DNA from: the human T2T-CHM13v2.0 reference genome, Homo sapiens
NCBI RefSeq assembly: GCF_009914755.1
Contig: NC_060947.1
DNA: 64,000 nucleotides
Strand: one strand, 5' to 3'
In this document: one piece after another, positions 14,175 to 28,930 of the stretch
How the letters are laid out: the number at the start of each line of letters is the position of its first letter
How positions within the stretch are numbered: position 1 is the first letter of the stretch
The notes under the pieces: model-generated
Databases searched by the model: none
The model's input: only the letters and a program-made list of their open reading frames with translations
What the model was told of the DNA's origin: nothing
Program-made: the position numbers and the translations under genes

Positions 14175-14348
<174 letters not shown>

Positions 14349-14554
14349 TTAAAGAAGAGAATTCCAAACAAACCACAATGAATCTATTTTAAACTCTAGT
14401 TATTCTCTGTTTAAGTACTTATTTAAAGGTTGTGTTCAGAAAGCTGAAAGTACAGGCTAGCCTAAAGCCTACAAACAGAATGTTGTGTCCCATATTAATA
14501 GAGATTATGGATATCACAGCACTATCCACAAGTGTTAATAAATAACCTTAAATA

Positions 14555-15839
<1,285 letters not shown>

Positions 15840-16060
15840 TGTCTCTATAAGAGTCTTGAATAGACTGTTTCTTTCAAGTTAATGTCCACAACTCCTGAAT
15901 GGTCTCAGATATAACTGATTCCTGGAAGCAGGTTCCCTCGGGTCTGAACAAAGGTTAATTGAGAACTGGAACACAGGTTCTAGTTACCCTGATGTGAAAA
16001 GCCCCAGGGCAAGGCAAGCAGCCCCATGCAGAGCACACCGGCCTGCACTGCCCTGCTCTT

Positions 16061-16139
16061 ATAGGTTGGTGCAATAATATTTGTGGTTTTTGCCGTTAAA
16101 AGTATGGCAAAATCCGCAATTACTTTTGCACCAACCTAA
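16061..16139. mobile_element. MADE1 (Hsmar1-derived MITE)
   Basis: About 80-bp palindrome taggttggtgcaa...ttgcaccaaccta. Confidence 0.92.
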
Positions 16140-17419
16140 CACATAATTCTTTTAAATAAAAATTGGGATTTCACAGAAGCTCCAGCCTCAAAGGGCAGGA
16201 GCCAAGCTAGGAATAAAGGGAAAACAAGCCATCTGTTTAAAAGAGTATTCACATGGAAATTCCAATAAGGATTTCTAGAAGACTCAAAATAAAAGCTATC
16301 CTGATTACAACTGTTCCAAGTTGAGTATTGGGAGGACATACACTTGATTGTAAGATTTTGGAATTTAGGGCAAGAATTTGGGAAACAGCAAAATAGTATA
16401 GTGCTGAAACAATGTGCTTTAAGCAAAATAAAAAGTTGTTTAACAATTATTCAAACATTACCTACTAGAGAATGTGAACAAGAATTTACTATCCAAACCC
16501 ACTAGCCATCTAAAAATGCTGAGCTCTGAATTGCTGTATAATTTGTAATACAAGGTGCTCATGCCAATACCCAGAGTTACTGCAAAACATTTCTTGGTAA
16601 TATTGTAAAAACCAGCAGCAGGCAGCACTGCTTCAAATTTCACCATGTGTACACTTACCATCTACCAAACAATTCTAGAGAATACCCCCTCAAACTGTGA
16701 CAAGACTAACATTATGAATGATAAACAAAGGACATTTTAAAGTAGCCAAAATAAGCACTTGCCTATGTGCTATGATTTAAGAGGCATTGGGAAAGGCACA
16801 TGCCTCAAACTACATCCTTCATTAATGGTTGAAATCTCATCTTACCAATTTCTTAATTTAAAGATTTCAAAGCTGGTATGTTTCCACACTTCTCTTAGCC
16901 CTAAATTAAGATGTAATTGTTGCCGAGGAGGGCCAAGGGCTGATCTTTTTGCAGTCATTAGTTATTAATATGTAGTACTTTATCAGATATACTCACAAAT
17001 ATGACCACTAGTTGAGAGAACTTCATTCTATGTTGGAAAGTGCCCCTAGGGCAAGATTACAGCTGGAAATGATATTAAAATGAAAAAGAGAAGGAAAACT
17101 TTGCTTACTTCATTTGTCATTTTGCCAAAAGTTGGTCCTGCTTATAGATATGGACAACAGATAAAGCAAAATTCTTGTAAATGCAGAATAATAGTAGAAT
17201 TAAGGACATGGTGTATGAGTTAACATTGTAATCAAAAAAAAAGAACACTTACTCCATAGAAGATAATGTAGAAATGGTACTTGGTGAAAAGATAGAGATT
17301 TGAGTGGAGAGGAGAAATATTTGAAGTGTCTCATTTATACAAACATCTACTTCTCAATGTCAATGTAAGCACTACTTAGAGGAAACATGACGAAGATGAG
17401 GTTGGAGTTTGGGGCTTAA

Positions 17420-17933
17420 CCCTTTTCCCGTTTACCCCGAGAATATGCGCTGGCAGCGCTTGAGGCTGGATCGTTTACCCTGAGATAACTTTGTCACAAA
17501 ATACCTCACTTTTATTGTTGTTTTCGCATCACTCTAGTATATGGACTTTGGAAACAAAGGACATCATTCTATTTATAGCATTCCGTTTTTAGTGGTGATA
17601 TTTCCATTTACAAAATATAGTAATTCACCGTCACTGAAAATGTCAAATCCTAGAAAATGTAGCATTCCTAACACATGATGTTAACATCTTTCTCAAATAT
17701 TTGTTGGCCAAATATTCATTTAATTAATCTGATTCTTCTGAAATGGATGATTCTGATGATTCAGACAATGCTGATATTAGTTCTGTTTAGAAATAACTCC
17801 AAGAAAAGGTTTTATATTTTATTTTCACATTGAAAATTAGTCAGATTTGCTTCAGCCTCAAAGAGGGTGTTTATGTAAAATTAAATGAGCACTGGCACTG
17901 AGCTGCACTTGCTTTTTATAAACAGGAAAAGGA
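17420..17933 (+). mobile_element. MER75, full-length non-autonomous piggyBac element
   Basis: TTAA at 17416-17419, left TIR cccttttcccgttt, right TIR aaacaggaaaagg. About 514 bp. Internal ATG at 17640 reads MSNPRKCSIP, like the PGBD4 N-terminus. Confidence 0.9.
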
Positions 17934-18919
17934 TACTAGAAATTGTTTGGAAATGTGATAGAGGTTTACAAAGAATCTCAACTTCCTTTGGTGACCCTTG
18001 ACTGCCTATATATAGGAATGGAGAAAACATACAAGAAAGATCAGACTACTCATGACAAAGTATAATATGTTTCACCTGAAAGCTGTAATTGAACCAATGG
18101 CTTTCACATGAAGGCAGAAAAGAGCTAATATTGAGAATTTAATTGCCCCCAAATTGTCACTCTTGAAGTAAACCTTTTAAAGAAAGTATGCTTATAATCT
18201 GTGTGAGGATGTTAAGAAAATGATTAGTTCAACACCACTAAAACAAAGAGCAGGATATGATGAATTCATTCCTTGATTACACTATAACAACCTAATAGCA
18301 AAATCAGCCTTGAAAACTGAGTTTCACTTTTCTGAATTATATCGACTTAGCCAAAATTTTAAATGTAAAACAACATCAAATTATCTTAAGGCTAAAAACA
18401 GATAGATTGCTAAGTGACACTGAAGGATTTGGTGAGTTAGAATAGTGATAGTCATTAAAAATTACACTAAGACCAAATTATTTTGACATTCATGAAAAAT
18501 ATCATATACCTTTTAGAAAAACTAAAGGATTCCATTTTACTTTCAAAAAGTAAAATAATTGAGGCTCATATTTAACTTAAATATACATGTGAAAATTTCT
18601 AAATTATATTTGGCCAAAATAAGGGTAATGGTCCTAGTATTCATCATCAAATTAAGAGAGAATGACACATGAGAAACACAGGGTTGATTTAAAACAAGAG
18701 GCAAGACCTCACCATATTTGGTTCGCCAGCAATTAGCTTTCAAACAAAGCTGATAAAAGAATTCTATGACTGTGTCTGATCATCACTATATGATTCACTG
18801 AGAAGAAACTATAACAACAAACCAATAAAATTTGGTCAAGGGAAAAAGGATTTTGCCATTAAGCACAATCTCTAACACAGTGAAATAATCAGATGTAGCT
18901 ATGTCACTTAGTATCTAAA

Positions 18920-19085
18920 CTTTATATAGTACTTTCACAGTCTGCAAAGCACTTTCACAAACATCATCTCTGTTCATTGGTTTAAGATTGGTTTCCCACA
19001 GATTAAGCAATGTACACAAGGTCACAGCAACAGAGCTAGAACATAAAACCTGACCTTCAGATTCCAAGTTCCTCTCACTCTGCTA
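18920..19085 (-). mobile_element. MIR
   Basis: 'aaagcactttcacaaacatcatctc...aaggtcacagc...agagctagaa...cttcagattccaag'. Confidence 0.65.
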
Positions 19086-19574
19086 TTTTATAGGTGTCTC
19101 TTAATAGATACATTTTAAAAAACTTTTATAAAACAAATAATTAAGTATTTAGCTTTGGCAAAAGGATGGATACATTTCTAGACCTCACCTTGGTAACTAG
19201 ATTCACAAATCCTGGTAACAAATCATTGTTGTTACTGACAATCTAAAATGTGGCAATTATAGATAAGTTTTCATCTTATTAGGGTATTTCTAGTCCAAAA
19301 ACAAATCACTGTAATAATACTGGGCAACTGATTTTATGTTATGAAAAACTTACACCAGATTAATCTGAGGGTTTTTGATTATGTGTCGATCACCATAACG
19401 ACAATAACATAAATCAAAGAACACCAATTTTCCCATTCTAGTTAAACAGAGAGCAATACTGCACCCTCTTATGAGATAGCTTCTTCTTGGGTACTTCTAT
19501 TTGGATCCAGGTAAAGGTAAATTCTTCCATTTTCATCACTGATAATTCAAGAGGAGTAGGGGCTCCAATAACAA

Positions 19575-19705
19575 GTCTGCCCTTTACTAATTTGTGACCG
19601 TAGATGAGTGACTTCATATCTGTAAGCTTTACTTCTCTCAGTTGTGAAATGGGGATTGTAGTGGGGATGAATGGCTATAGGTTATATGAAAACACCTTGC
19701 ATGTA
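19575..19705 (+). mobile_element. MIR fragment
   Basis: Core 'tttactaatttgtgacc..agtgacttcatatctgtaagc...ctcagttgtgaaatgggg'. Confidence 0.55.
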
Positions 19706-20311
19706 TAAAATTAATTCTTTTACTAGTGTGTGGATCAGAAAAGAGACACCATCTTGACTTTAAACAAGAGATAAGAGAGGGTAGAACTAAGACATTTCCT
19801 CTCATTGTGAGCATAGCAGAATTGAATATAGTTGGTCTTAAAATAACATGAAGTATTGGTCCTCTTATACTTGGGCCTCTGCTGCTAAGAACCCATGCAG
19901 AAACCATGAGGCAGCGAGTAGGAAAATGTATCAATCAGAACAAATTTATGTACTTGCCTTTCATTAGGTTTTTTTGTTCTGTTTTGTTTTGTTTAATGTT
20001 TTCCAAAACCAGCCACACAAGCTAGATCTGTTCTTATAATATTTTGAGGCCCAAAATTTGGAATAAATTAGCTTCACTCACTAGTTGTTCAAGGTTTTTT
20101 TTTTTTACTATTATATGAATCTTTCTAATTCCTTCTCTATATACACAGGAAAATGTCTAAAAAGCAACAAATTCCTATTTCCAACATGTGTAGAAGTTTC
20201 ATAAAATCTCAGTAATGAAACCAAGATCCCATCTTACTACTATGAAGTTATTTGTACTCTTCAAGGCCTAAAACTTCTTAACAAACACGACACTTGTAGA
20301 AATTTGCTCAT

Positions 20312-20520
20312 CAATGAGAACACATGGACACAGGGAGGGGAACATCACACACCGGGGCCTGTCGGGGGTGGGGGGCTGTGCGAAAGATAGCATTAGGAGA
20401 AATACGTAATGTAAATGACGAGTTGATGGGTGCAGCAAACTAACATGGCACATGTATAACTATGTAACAAACCTGTACATTGTGCACATGTACCCCAGAA
20501 CTTAAAATATATAAAAAAAA
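20312..20520 (+). mobile_element. Short L1PA (about PA6-PA8) 3'UTR insertion
   Basis: G-rich L1PA 3'UTR and A tail. TSD agaaatttgctcat (20298) / agaaatttgttcat (20520). Confidence 0.93.
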
Positions 20521-22397
20521 GAAATTTGTTCATACATCTTTGTAAAAAAGCTAAGCTAATTCTATGTTCAAGTACATTTGCCCGAGTTAAAGTTCAGGCA
20601 ACCTGTTAAAATAAAAAACTTCAATAGAAAGTATGGAATGATAATAACTATACAGACCATCACAACTCCAGAGAATACCTTACTCAACTGGCAATACAAA
20701 GCAGTAGAACAAAGGCAAATCTTAATTCCCACAAATTAGAAGCCCGTGAAAGAAGTGCCTTTGGGATTTTATCAGCTTGAAATGACCAAAGGAACATATC
20801 CTTTTCAACAGTTAAGTATTGCTTGGAAATTTGCTACGGTAACTGCTCTGAGATGATTCACAAGTAACCTATATTAAGTAGACCACACAGTATGTTATAA
20901 TTTCTGCACATATTAAGTGACCATCAAGGGAAAATGAATGTAGATAGAATACATCATCTAATCACATGGGTGGGCACACTCATGGATTATACCCAAGTTC
21001 ACTAACGATTTTTAAGATATCTGATTGATGTGGCAGCTTAGAAAGCAATTGTATCCTTGTAGCTTCAAGTTGCAGAAATCAATTTTGCACTGATTTAACA
21101 GATCGCTTTGGCATGAGAAAAACAGAGCAATCAATGGTGATATCAGCAGCCTTTTTGTCATGCTGACCTAAAGGAGTTGGCTATAATCAGTCTGAAGCAA
21201 AAAAAAATAATAATAATAAAATAAAATAAAAAAGCATCCACTGCTGCCAATATATTAGCATTAGGTACTCAGCTCAGGTGTTTTGGTGTTGAAATAATCT
21301 GATAAAAACAAAAGGAAGAAGCTTCAGGCCTTGAAACACACAGCTAGAAATAAAGACTGTATATATTAAATATGTTAGTGAATTGGTTCTTAAAATGAAA
21401 ATGAGAGATTTATAGAATGAACATGGGTTTATATTCTAAATAACATATGAAAATGAACTGGAATTGTTAAGAGAAACTCAAAGGGAAATGTTAGAGCTTG
21501 TGGCCAGAGAGGTGGAGGGATAATGTTCAATAAAGAATATTTCTGTAATAGATATTTGGAAGAATTGTGAATGCAAGGGAGGCTCACATGCTCCCTTAAA
21601 CTACAGGTGGGAAAGAAAATGGGAGAAGGAGAAAATTATTTTTATATTAAGTGCTTGGTAGAATTCACCAAGTGTACTTGTAATATAAATGGGAAAGAAT
21701 ATAAGAATTACTATCTATTCCTTTAATACATTTTTTACATTAAGACCACTTGATATACACTATTTCTGAAAGTCTTTGAACACACTGACAACAAAAGTTC
21801 ATAGTTATACAGGAATGAACCTGTTATATTTTATTTTCATTATTTTTCTTCCCAAAATGCAGCTTCATCACATTGCTCTGAATTTATAGAGTTTTTCTTC
21901 TGAGACTCCTGTCATGTCAGATGTAGAATCATATTTCTACCATCCCTATGAAGTAGCTAGAGGAAAGTGGGGAAGGATAGGAAGGAAGGAAAACCCAATT
22001 ATTTCTGTATAAACACAGCAAGTTTATATAATTTGTAATAATTCAGCCAGGTAATCATAAGTTAGTAAGAAAGAATAGCCAAGAATTCAACTCTGACTCT
22101 CCAGATAAAGACAAAGAATGAGAGCAAATGCTCCCTATGGGCATGTATTAGTAGAGAGAAGTAGCATTTCATCCATAATACACTATTTTCTTTATAAAAT
22201 GTTTTTTTAGATAAAGTGAGATTTGCAGAGTAGCTAACAACAATAAGTATTTGAGGATGAATTTAGAAAACATTGCTTTTTGTCGACTGCTAGTCTAACC
22301 TTTCTTGATTGTATAAATTGAGAAGGGTTATGTGAGTTTCAAACCCCAAGGCCATAACCCTCTCAGTTCTAGACAGAAAATCAAATCCCAATATAAT

Positions 22398-22860
22398 TTC
22401 ATCCATTTAGACACATTTGCATGCCTACCATATGCAAGGCACCATGGACGAAGAGATAAAAGAAACTGCCCATGCCTGCTTGTTTTTAAGTAGCCCATAC
22501 TATAATAGAAGGGATATCACATAATGGATAGGTTAAACTGGGTCAAGAGACAGGAGGCAGTTAGAAGGCTGTTACAATATTGCAGTAACCCATGTTTAAA
22601 AAAAAACTAATTAAAACATGAACTAGTGTGGTGGCAATAGAATTTGAAAGGAAGAGGCACATATAAAAGATGTTTCAGAAATAGACTTGGCAACTAATTT
22701 TATGTGATATATGAGAGAGGAGGAGGAAAAGATGACTCCCAAGTTCCTAGTTTGGGTGACTAAGAGAATGATCAAATCATTGATAGAAATAGCTAGGTCA
22801 AGGGGAGGAACAGATTCATAGGGGAAACAAAGGCATTTGATTTTAAGCATGATGAATTTC
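22398..22860 (-). mobile_element. L2 fragment
   Basis: 'ggaggcagttagaaggctgttacaat', 'agatgactcccaagttcctagtttgggtgact', 'ttttaagcatgatgaattt'. Confidence 0.7.
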
Positions 22861-23489
22861 TAACAAAAGTTCTCTAATCTTGTTTCTATCATCCTCAAAC
22901 CAGTGATCTCTATATTTTGTGTACCCCATCAATACATGTTGGGTATGCACCCTCCAAATTTGTAGGTCAATTATATTAATGTATCTATCTATCTATCTGC
23001 AAAATTAGAAAATGTAAAAAACAAGTTAAAACTAACAACAGTTTTATACTGTTTTTATATCCACACTCCAATAGCTTGTTTTGCATAGTTCATTTGGATC
23101 ACTAAACAATTTAGCTATACCTTGGCTTTTCAACTTGCAACACAGAAAAACAATATTGATTTGCCTAACCCAATTTAGTGACAAGAAATTCAGATTATAG
23201 GAAAAAGCATAGTTGCATTTCTAAGGTAAAATATATATATATATGTCCATCATTAATAATGCTCGATCTTTCAAGCTATCGCATCAATTCAAAAGTCAGG
23301 GTGATTTCTATAAACTTGATTGGGTTCACATGGACATCTTTTACTAATAAAACCTTACAAAATAGCAAGCTAAGACTCCCCACAAAAGACAGGCTCCAAA
23401 ATAGAACAGCAGGAAAGTGAGTCCCTGTTGAGCAATTTCTCTTGGCTTTTATATTTTGTGAAGGAAGCATTTGAGAGTGAGGCATATTC

Positions 23490-23680
23490 CCTTTTAACCT
23501 TCACAACAACTTCATGAGGTATTAACCATCTGAAAAAAAACATGCAAAAACCTAGAAACCAAGGCTCAAAAGAATTAAATTATTTGCCCAAGGTCACTCA
23601 GCTAGTATGTGCTAGAACTCAGATTTGAGCCCAGGTCTTGACCTAGAGTTATATTCTTTTAGCTAGACCACAGCTGCCTT
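23490..23680 (-). mobile_element. MIR
   Basis: 'aaaccaaggctca...ttgcccaaggtcactcagctagt...gatttgagcccaggtct'. Confidence 0.8.
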
Positions 23681-25607
23681 AAATCCTTTTGACTCCTTTT
23701 GTTTTTTAAGACTCTTTCAGTTATTCTGTCAATGCACATTCTTTAAATTTCTGCCTGGTCTCTAACCCAAACTTCAGAAAAGAACGAAACAAGATGATTC
23801 TAAAGGGATAGGAAAAAAGACAGACTAATATAATTATTGTTCATCTCATTTTCTTTCCTAACAGACTAAGGTTATATTCTCTCAATTTTCCAGCTTTTAT
23901 TTCTGTCTATCATACTGACTTCTGGGTCAGTTCTGTGTTAAAAATGGCTGCTTCTGAAACATGAGCTCTGTCTGTTGGAATTTGAGTTCCACTTCTGCGT
24001 ATGGTCATGAAAGTACAACTACTCTGAAGTCTGAGGACATGTAATTACTCCTGGTTAAATTCAAATAGCTTAAACTGGCAACACAGAGACTATTTCATCT
24101 TCAATACACTAGCATGGGTTCACAGACAACAAGTCAGGCCAAACTAACTTCATTTCCTTTTTTAATAGCATGAATAGCCTGAAAGATCAGATGAATGCCT
24201 CATCACTAGTATATCTGAATTGAACAAAATGTAATCTCCTTGTTGGTAGGATAGACAAAATGTGGCTTCAGGGAATAGGAGAATTTATAGTTAGGTGACT
24301 AACCATTCTCACCAAATATATTAATTAATTCTGTATTGACAACGGTGGAAAATTATAAGCCTCTCCTATTTTATTCACATTGTTATTAGAGTCTCAAATA
24401 AAAATAGAAAAATAATCATTTTTAAATTGGCAGATGACAAAACTGCAGGGGAGAGAAACTTTGTCTGATGCCAATCTGAAAAGATGGGTAAAATCTAGCC
24501 ACATGAATTCTAAGAAGCAATTAATACAAAATGTCTGAATTTAGTTTAAAAAATTAACTATAGAAAGATACCTTTCTTAGCAACAGTATGTATAAAGATA
24601 TCACTGGAGCTTTTTTGTTGAACATGAGCACAGAGCGCCAGTAGTGAAAGGTAGCTGCTGAAAAGCAAAACCCAAAAATAGAAAACACCACCACCAAAAA
24701 GCAAAGCCAATGAAATTTTAAAACCAGGATAATGCCATTTAAAACACTACAGTGTCTGGATCAAATTGTTATACATTTTTCTTAATGAAACATACCATAT
24801 TCAGTGTGCAAATATCTGGAAGTATGGGCACATTTGAAGAAGGACATTGACAAACTGATATGTGAAGGAAGGCAGAAAACCATCCTTTTGCAAGAGACTG
24901 TTGGGTTATATAGGACCCAGTAGCAACATTCAAAATTTTAAGGTCTGTGAAATGAAGATTGGGTTCATTCTCATTTTGATAAGGCATGTATTTAAATCAT
25001 CAATTAATAGCAGTGTTTTCATTAACTAAACTATGAAGCACATGATGGATAAAGTAATATAATCAGTTTCCCTGGAGTGTAAGTCACTACCAGACTATAC
25101 GTGATACACTTTTTAGGAAATTTCACTTAATCTTTCAGGTACTATGATAATATGCTCTCATTTAGTTTTACACAATAGTGACCTATCTCAGGAGCTAGAG
25201 AAAGTCCAAGTTAGGGCAACTGCCAAATTGCTTTCTACAGTCAGGCAGTTGCTTGATTCTGGAGAGAATCTGAGCTATTCCTGCAGTTGTGGGTAAATTG
25301 AAGGGCCACATTAAAACTGTAAAAGGGAAGAGTGGGTAGACACTCTGTTCAGGTATGTCTGTTCTCAGTAAGTTGCCTAAAGGCTGGGTAATCTCTAGTA
25401 GGTTGAAGACCTGAGAGAAATCACACTGTGTTCTCTCTCTCTCAACATTTGGTTTATAGGGAATAACGTGGAAAGTCTGAGAGTAGAAGAATCACTTAGA
25501 GGTCAGCTTGATGGTACATGTATGAAATAGAGAAAAGACAAGGCCACCTCTGGCTGTTTTGCTTTGGAACAGAGGATAGGCCTGGCTGCAGAAGAAGAAT
25601 GGGATGT

Positions 25608-25664
25608 TTATGTGTTTGCATATATACATATGTGTGTGTTTGGATATATATATATATATATATA
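25608..25664. repeat. (TG)/(TA) compound dinucleotide repeat
   Basis: tatgtgtttgcatatatacatatgtgtgtgtttggatatatatatatatatatat. Confidence 0.7.
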
Positions 25665-26224
25665 TTTTCTAGGAACAGCTCTGTCTATTGACTTGGAGAG
25701 AGAAAGTGCCCATTTTACAGCTCACTTTAACAACCAGAGCAGAGCTTAAAGATAATTATTTGAAGAGAGATTATTGGCTCAATCTGAGTCTCTGAGTTTC
25801 TGAGTGCCAAACCTGGTGTCCCCTAGAAATTGCAGCCATGCTTCAAATGACTGGCTGTGATCAGAAACCAGCCTAGTGGCCCTCACAAGGGTGTGAGACT
25901 TCTGTTCACTGCCAAAACTCTGCAAGAAGAAAACTGTGTGAGTTTAGCAAGGTTATCAGTTCGAACAGCAGAAATGGGCATTTTCTTATTTGAGAAACCA
26001 ATAACTAGCAGCTATCTGTTAGGAAAGAAAGGATAGATTTGTTGCTAAAGAAAGCAAAGTTGAATTCTGGAAAGCTAATCAAGTGTACTGAGACAAAGTA
26101 GCCCAAGTCCCCAGGAATAACCAGTGACAAATTAGTTTTTCATTCTGCTGCTTTCATGCCTGTTTTAAGAATATTCTTGAAAAACTGCTCACCACAGAGA
26201 AGCTGGCCCTTCATCTTCATCCAG

Positions 26225-26450
26225 AGGCAGTCAGCCTGCTGCAGTGGGAGGGCACAGGACCAGAAATCAGGAGCCCTGCTTTTTAGTTACACCTCTGCCA
26301 CCGACTTATTTTGTGACGTTGCATAAATTCCTTTACCTCAAACACCACATCTAACTACCTCACAAATACGCTGCAAGAACTCAGTGAAATAATGAATGTA
26401 AAAGCACTTTGCAAAGCATGGAGCACTGTAGAAGTATAAGGGATTATTAT
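26225..26450 (+). mobile_element. MIR (near full length)
   Basis: tRNA-like head, core, and tail 'aataatgaatgtaaaagcactttgcaaa...ggattattat'. Confidence 0.75.
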
Positions 26451-26834
26451 CCAAGTAGGTTTCATGCCAACCTTTCTGGTATCACCCTCAAGACTTCTTC
26501 AGCTTTGGCACAAAGTTCTCAATTCTCTGCTTGCTCCCTCCAAGTCCTACCTGGCTTGGGAACAGAAGTTTTCACCCTCCCTTCTTTTGTCAGCTTTCTC
26601 CGTAATGGGGCCTGCTGAATGTAATTATTGTTTATCAGTTCTAATTTCCCCTAGAGAAACCATCTTCCTCAGGAAAAGACTCCACCTTTCTATAAACACC
26701 AAGTCTTCAGGCACAACATACTCATGTGGCAGGTGTGATGCATGGGGGAAAGGAAAAGGAAGCAATATACAGCTCCAGGAAAGAAAGCTGTGATTTCAGT
26801 GAGACTTTCTTGATGAGCTTTCAGTGCCCAGAAT

Positions 26835-26860
26835 ACACACACACACACACACTCACTCAC
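26835..26860. repeat. (CA)n microsatellite
   Basis: acacacacacacacacactcactcac. Confidence 0.85.
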
Positions 26861-28399
26861 CCACATTCTCTTGATGAAAGACTCAGGCCAGTCTATATAC
26901 CACAGCAATCAGAAGTCTTACCTGATACCTGCTATTTGCTCCTGAGCCTATGGTGGCCACTCTCTCTTCTCTCTACACCTGTGAAGGTTTTAATTCAGTG
27001 CTGTCCATTTATACCCTTCTAAGAGTGGCAGGACTCCAGGAATCTCTGTCCTCACCAATCATAAGTCAGAACTCCCAAATTCCTGGCCATTTCTGATTTA
27101 ACCCTGTCTAACATGTCAGCTTTCTAGCTGAGGGAAGGACTTAGCCTCAAAAATCAAGAAGCTGCTGGCTTGTGCCTACTGTCCAGACCCTGGACCTGCC
27201 TTCCCCAATTCCAATAGACAACTCTGTGTGTCAGTAAGGCAGAAAGAATACTCTGGAGAGTAAGTCTTACAGGCAACATGAGGAGAATGGAGAAGAAGAA
27301 ATCAAGTCCTACAGAATGAGAAGCTCAAGTGTATAATGGATCCAAAGGGAAAAACTAAGGTCAAAGACCCAGGTGTCACAGTAAAACAGAGGGAACAGGA
27401 TATGGACAGAGTTAAAATAAGCAGTGAGTTTAATTCAGGCTTGGCACAAGAGTACATACCGAAGCAGGGTCCTAACATGCAAGCAGAATTTGTTAACTTG
27501 ACATCCTAACTGGCGTGGACAAAAGTGGCGTCTATAGATAAGACATGGGGAAAACTGAGGGTAAAAACTGAGCCTAAGAATAGTACCCTAAGTTCTGATA
27601 CACCCAGATGAGCCTCCACAGTAGGAATATTTCATATGTCTGAAATTCTTAGACCAGGAGTTCCAATTTTCATCACCTCACCTGGTATGGAAAAACAAGA
27701 ACCTTACAGAAGAGAGTAAGACTATACAGGGATCAAAACTGAAGTTAAAGCAATGTACAGGACTCTGGGATACTTTTCTGGATCTAACTAAATCTTTGGG
27801 CAAATGCTCTATCAGAATAGAATATAGGGTTTGCCTTTCTGATTTGAAGATTGGGATATCTCATTTCATATTCTGTCTTGGAGACATGGCTGTTAGGCAA
27901 AATAGTTCTCTCTTTGTCCCTTCATGCTCCTACTGCTTCTTGTTCATTTACCTTATTACTTACTCCAAGTTCAGGCTTATTTGTCCCAGAATATAACTCA
28001 GGACTTGGATTAGTATACCACAAAAGAGGTCTGCTGTTGTTAGTCTACTCCCCACCACATGTAATTGGCCAAAGGGGACAAGAATTGCAGGATAAAAAGG
28101 CATTAACTCTTGGCAGAACTTCCCATACTAAGCCAGTCCCTACTAGAGGTGTCTTGGGACTACATCCCATGTAGAACATAATTGTCATTCATAAAAACCA
28201 CAATAAGCATCCCCGGTTGTCCATAGAAACAGGAACAGAAAGACATTTCACAGAGTAGGACCCAGGTGGTAGCAAGATACTGTGCCAAAGGCAAAAGGTA
28301 TGAAATGGTGACCAGATGTTGCAATAGATTGTGTAAAGAGGATCACAGGAAAACAATTAAATCTTTTCTCAAGTAGCTCCATTTAAAATAATACCCACA

Positions 28400-28823
28400 C
28401 ACCACACAACTTAAATGCCCATCAACCAATGAGTGGATAAAGAAAATGTGGTATATATACAACATGGAATACTACTCAGCCATAGAATGCAATGAAATAA
28501 TGGCATTTGCAGCAACTTGCATAGACTTGGAGACCATTATTCTAAGTGAAGTAACTCAGGAATGGAAAACCAAATATCATATGTTCTCAATTACGAGTGG
28601 GAGCCAAACTATGAGGATGCAAAGGCATAAGAATATATAATGGAATCTGGGGACTCAGGGGAAGGATGGGAGGGGGATAAGGGATAAAAGACTACATATT
28701 GGGTACAGTATACACTGCTCAGGTGATAGGTGCACCAAAATCTCAGAAGTCATCACTGAAGAACTTATCCATATAACCAAAAGCCCCCTGTTCCCCAAAA
28801 GCTGTTGAAATAAATTTAATAAT
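28400..28823 (+). mobile_element. L1PB1-like 3' end, 5'-truncated
   Basis: 'gtaactcaggaatggaaaaccaaa...tatgaggatgcaaaggcataagaat...gtgcaccaaaatctcaga'. Perfect 13-bp TSD aataatacccaca (28387, 28824). Confidence 0.9.
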
Positions 28824-28859
28824 AATAATACCCACATGAAGTTTTCCTTGTAGTAACTG

Positions 28860-28930
28860 GCACAGTGCCTACCTAGCACAGAGCCTGGCACATGGTAGGC
28901 AGTCAATAAATGGTGGTTGATTGAATGAAT
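28860..28930 (+). mobile_element. L2 3' terminus
   Basis: cctagcacagagcctggcacatggtaggcagtcaataaatggtggttgattgaatgaat. Confidence 0.85.
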
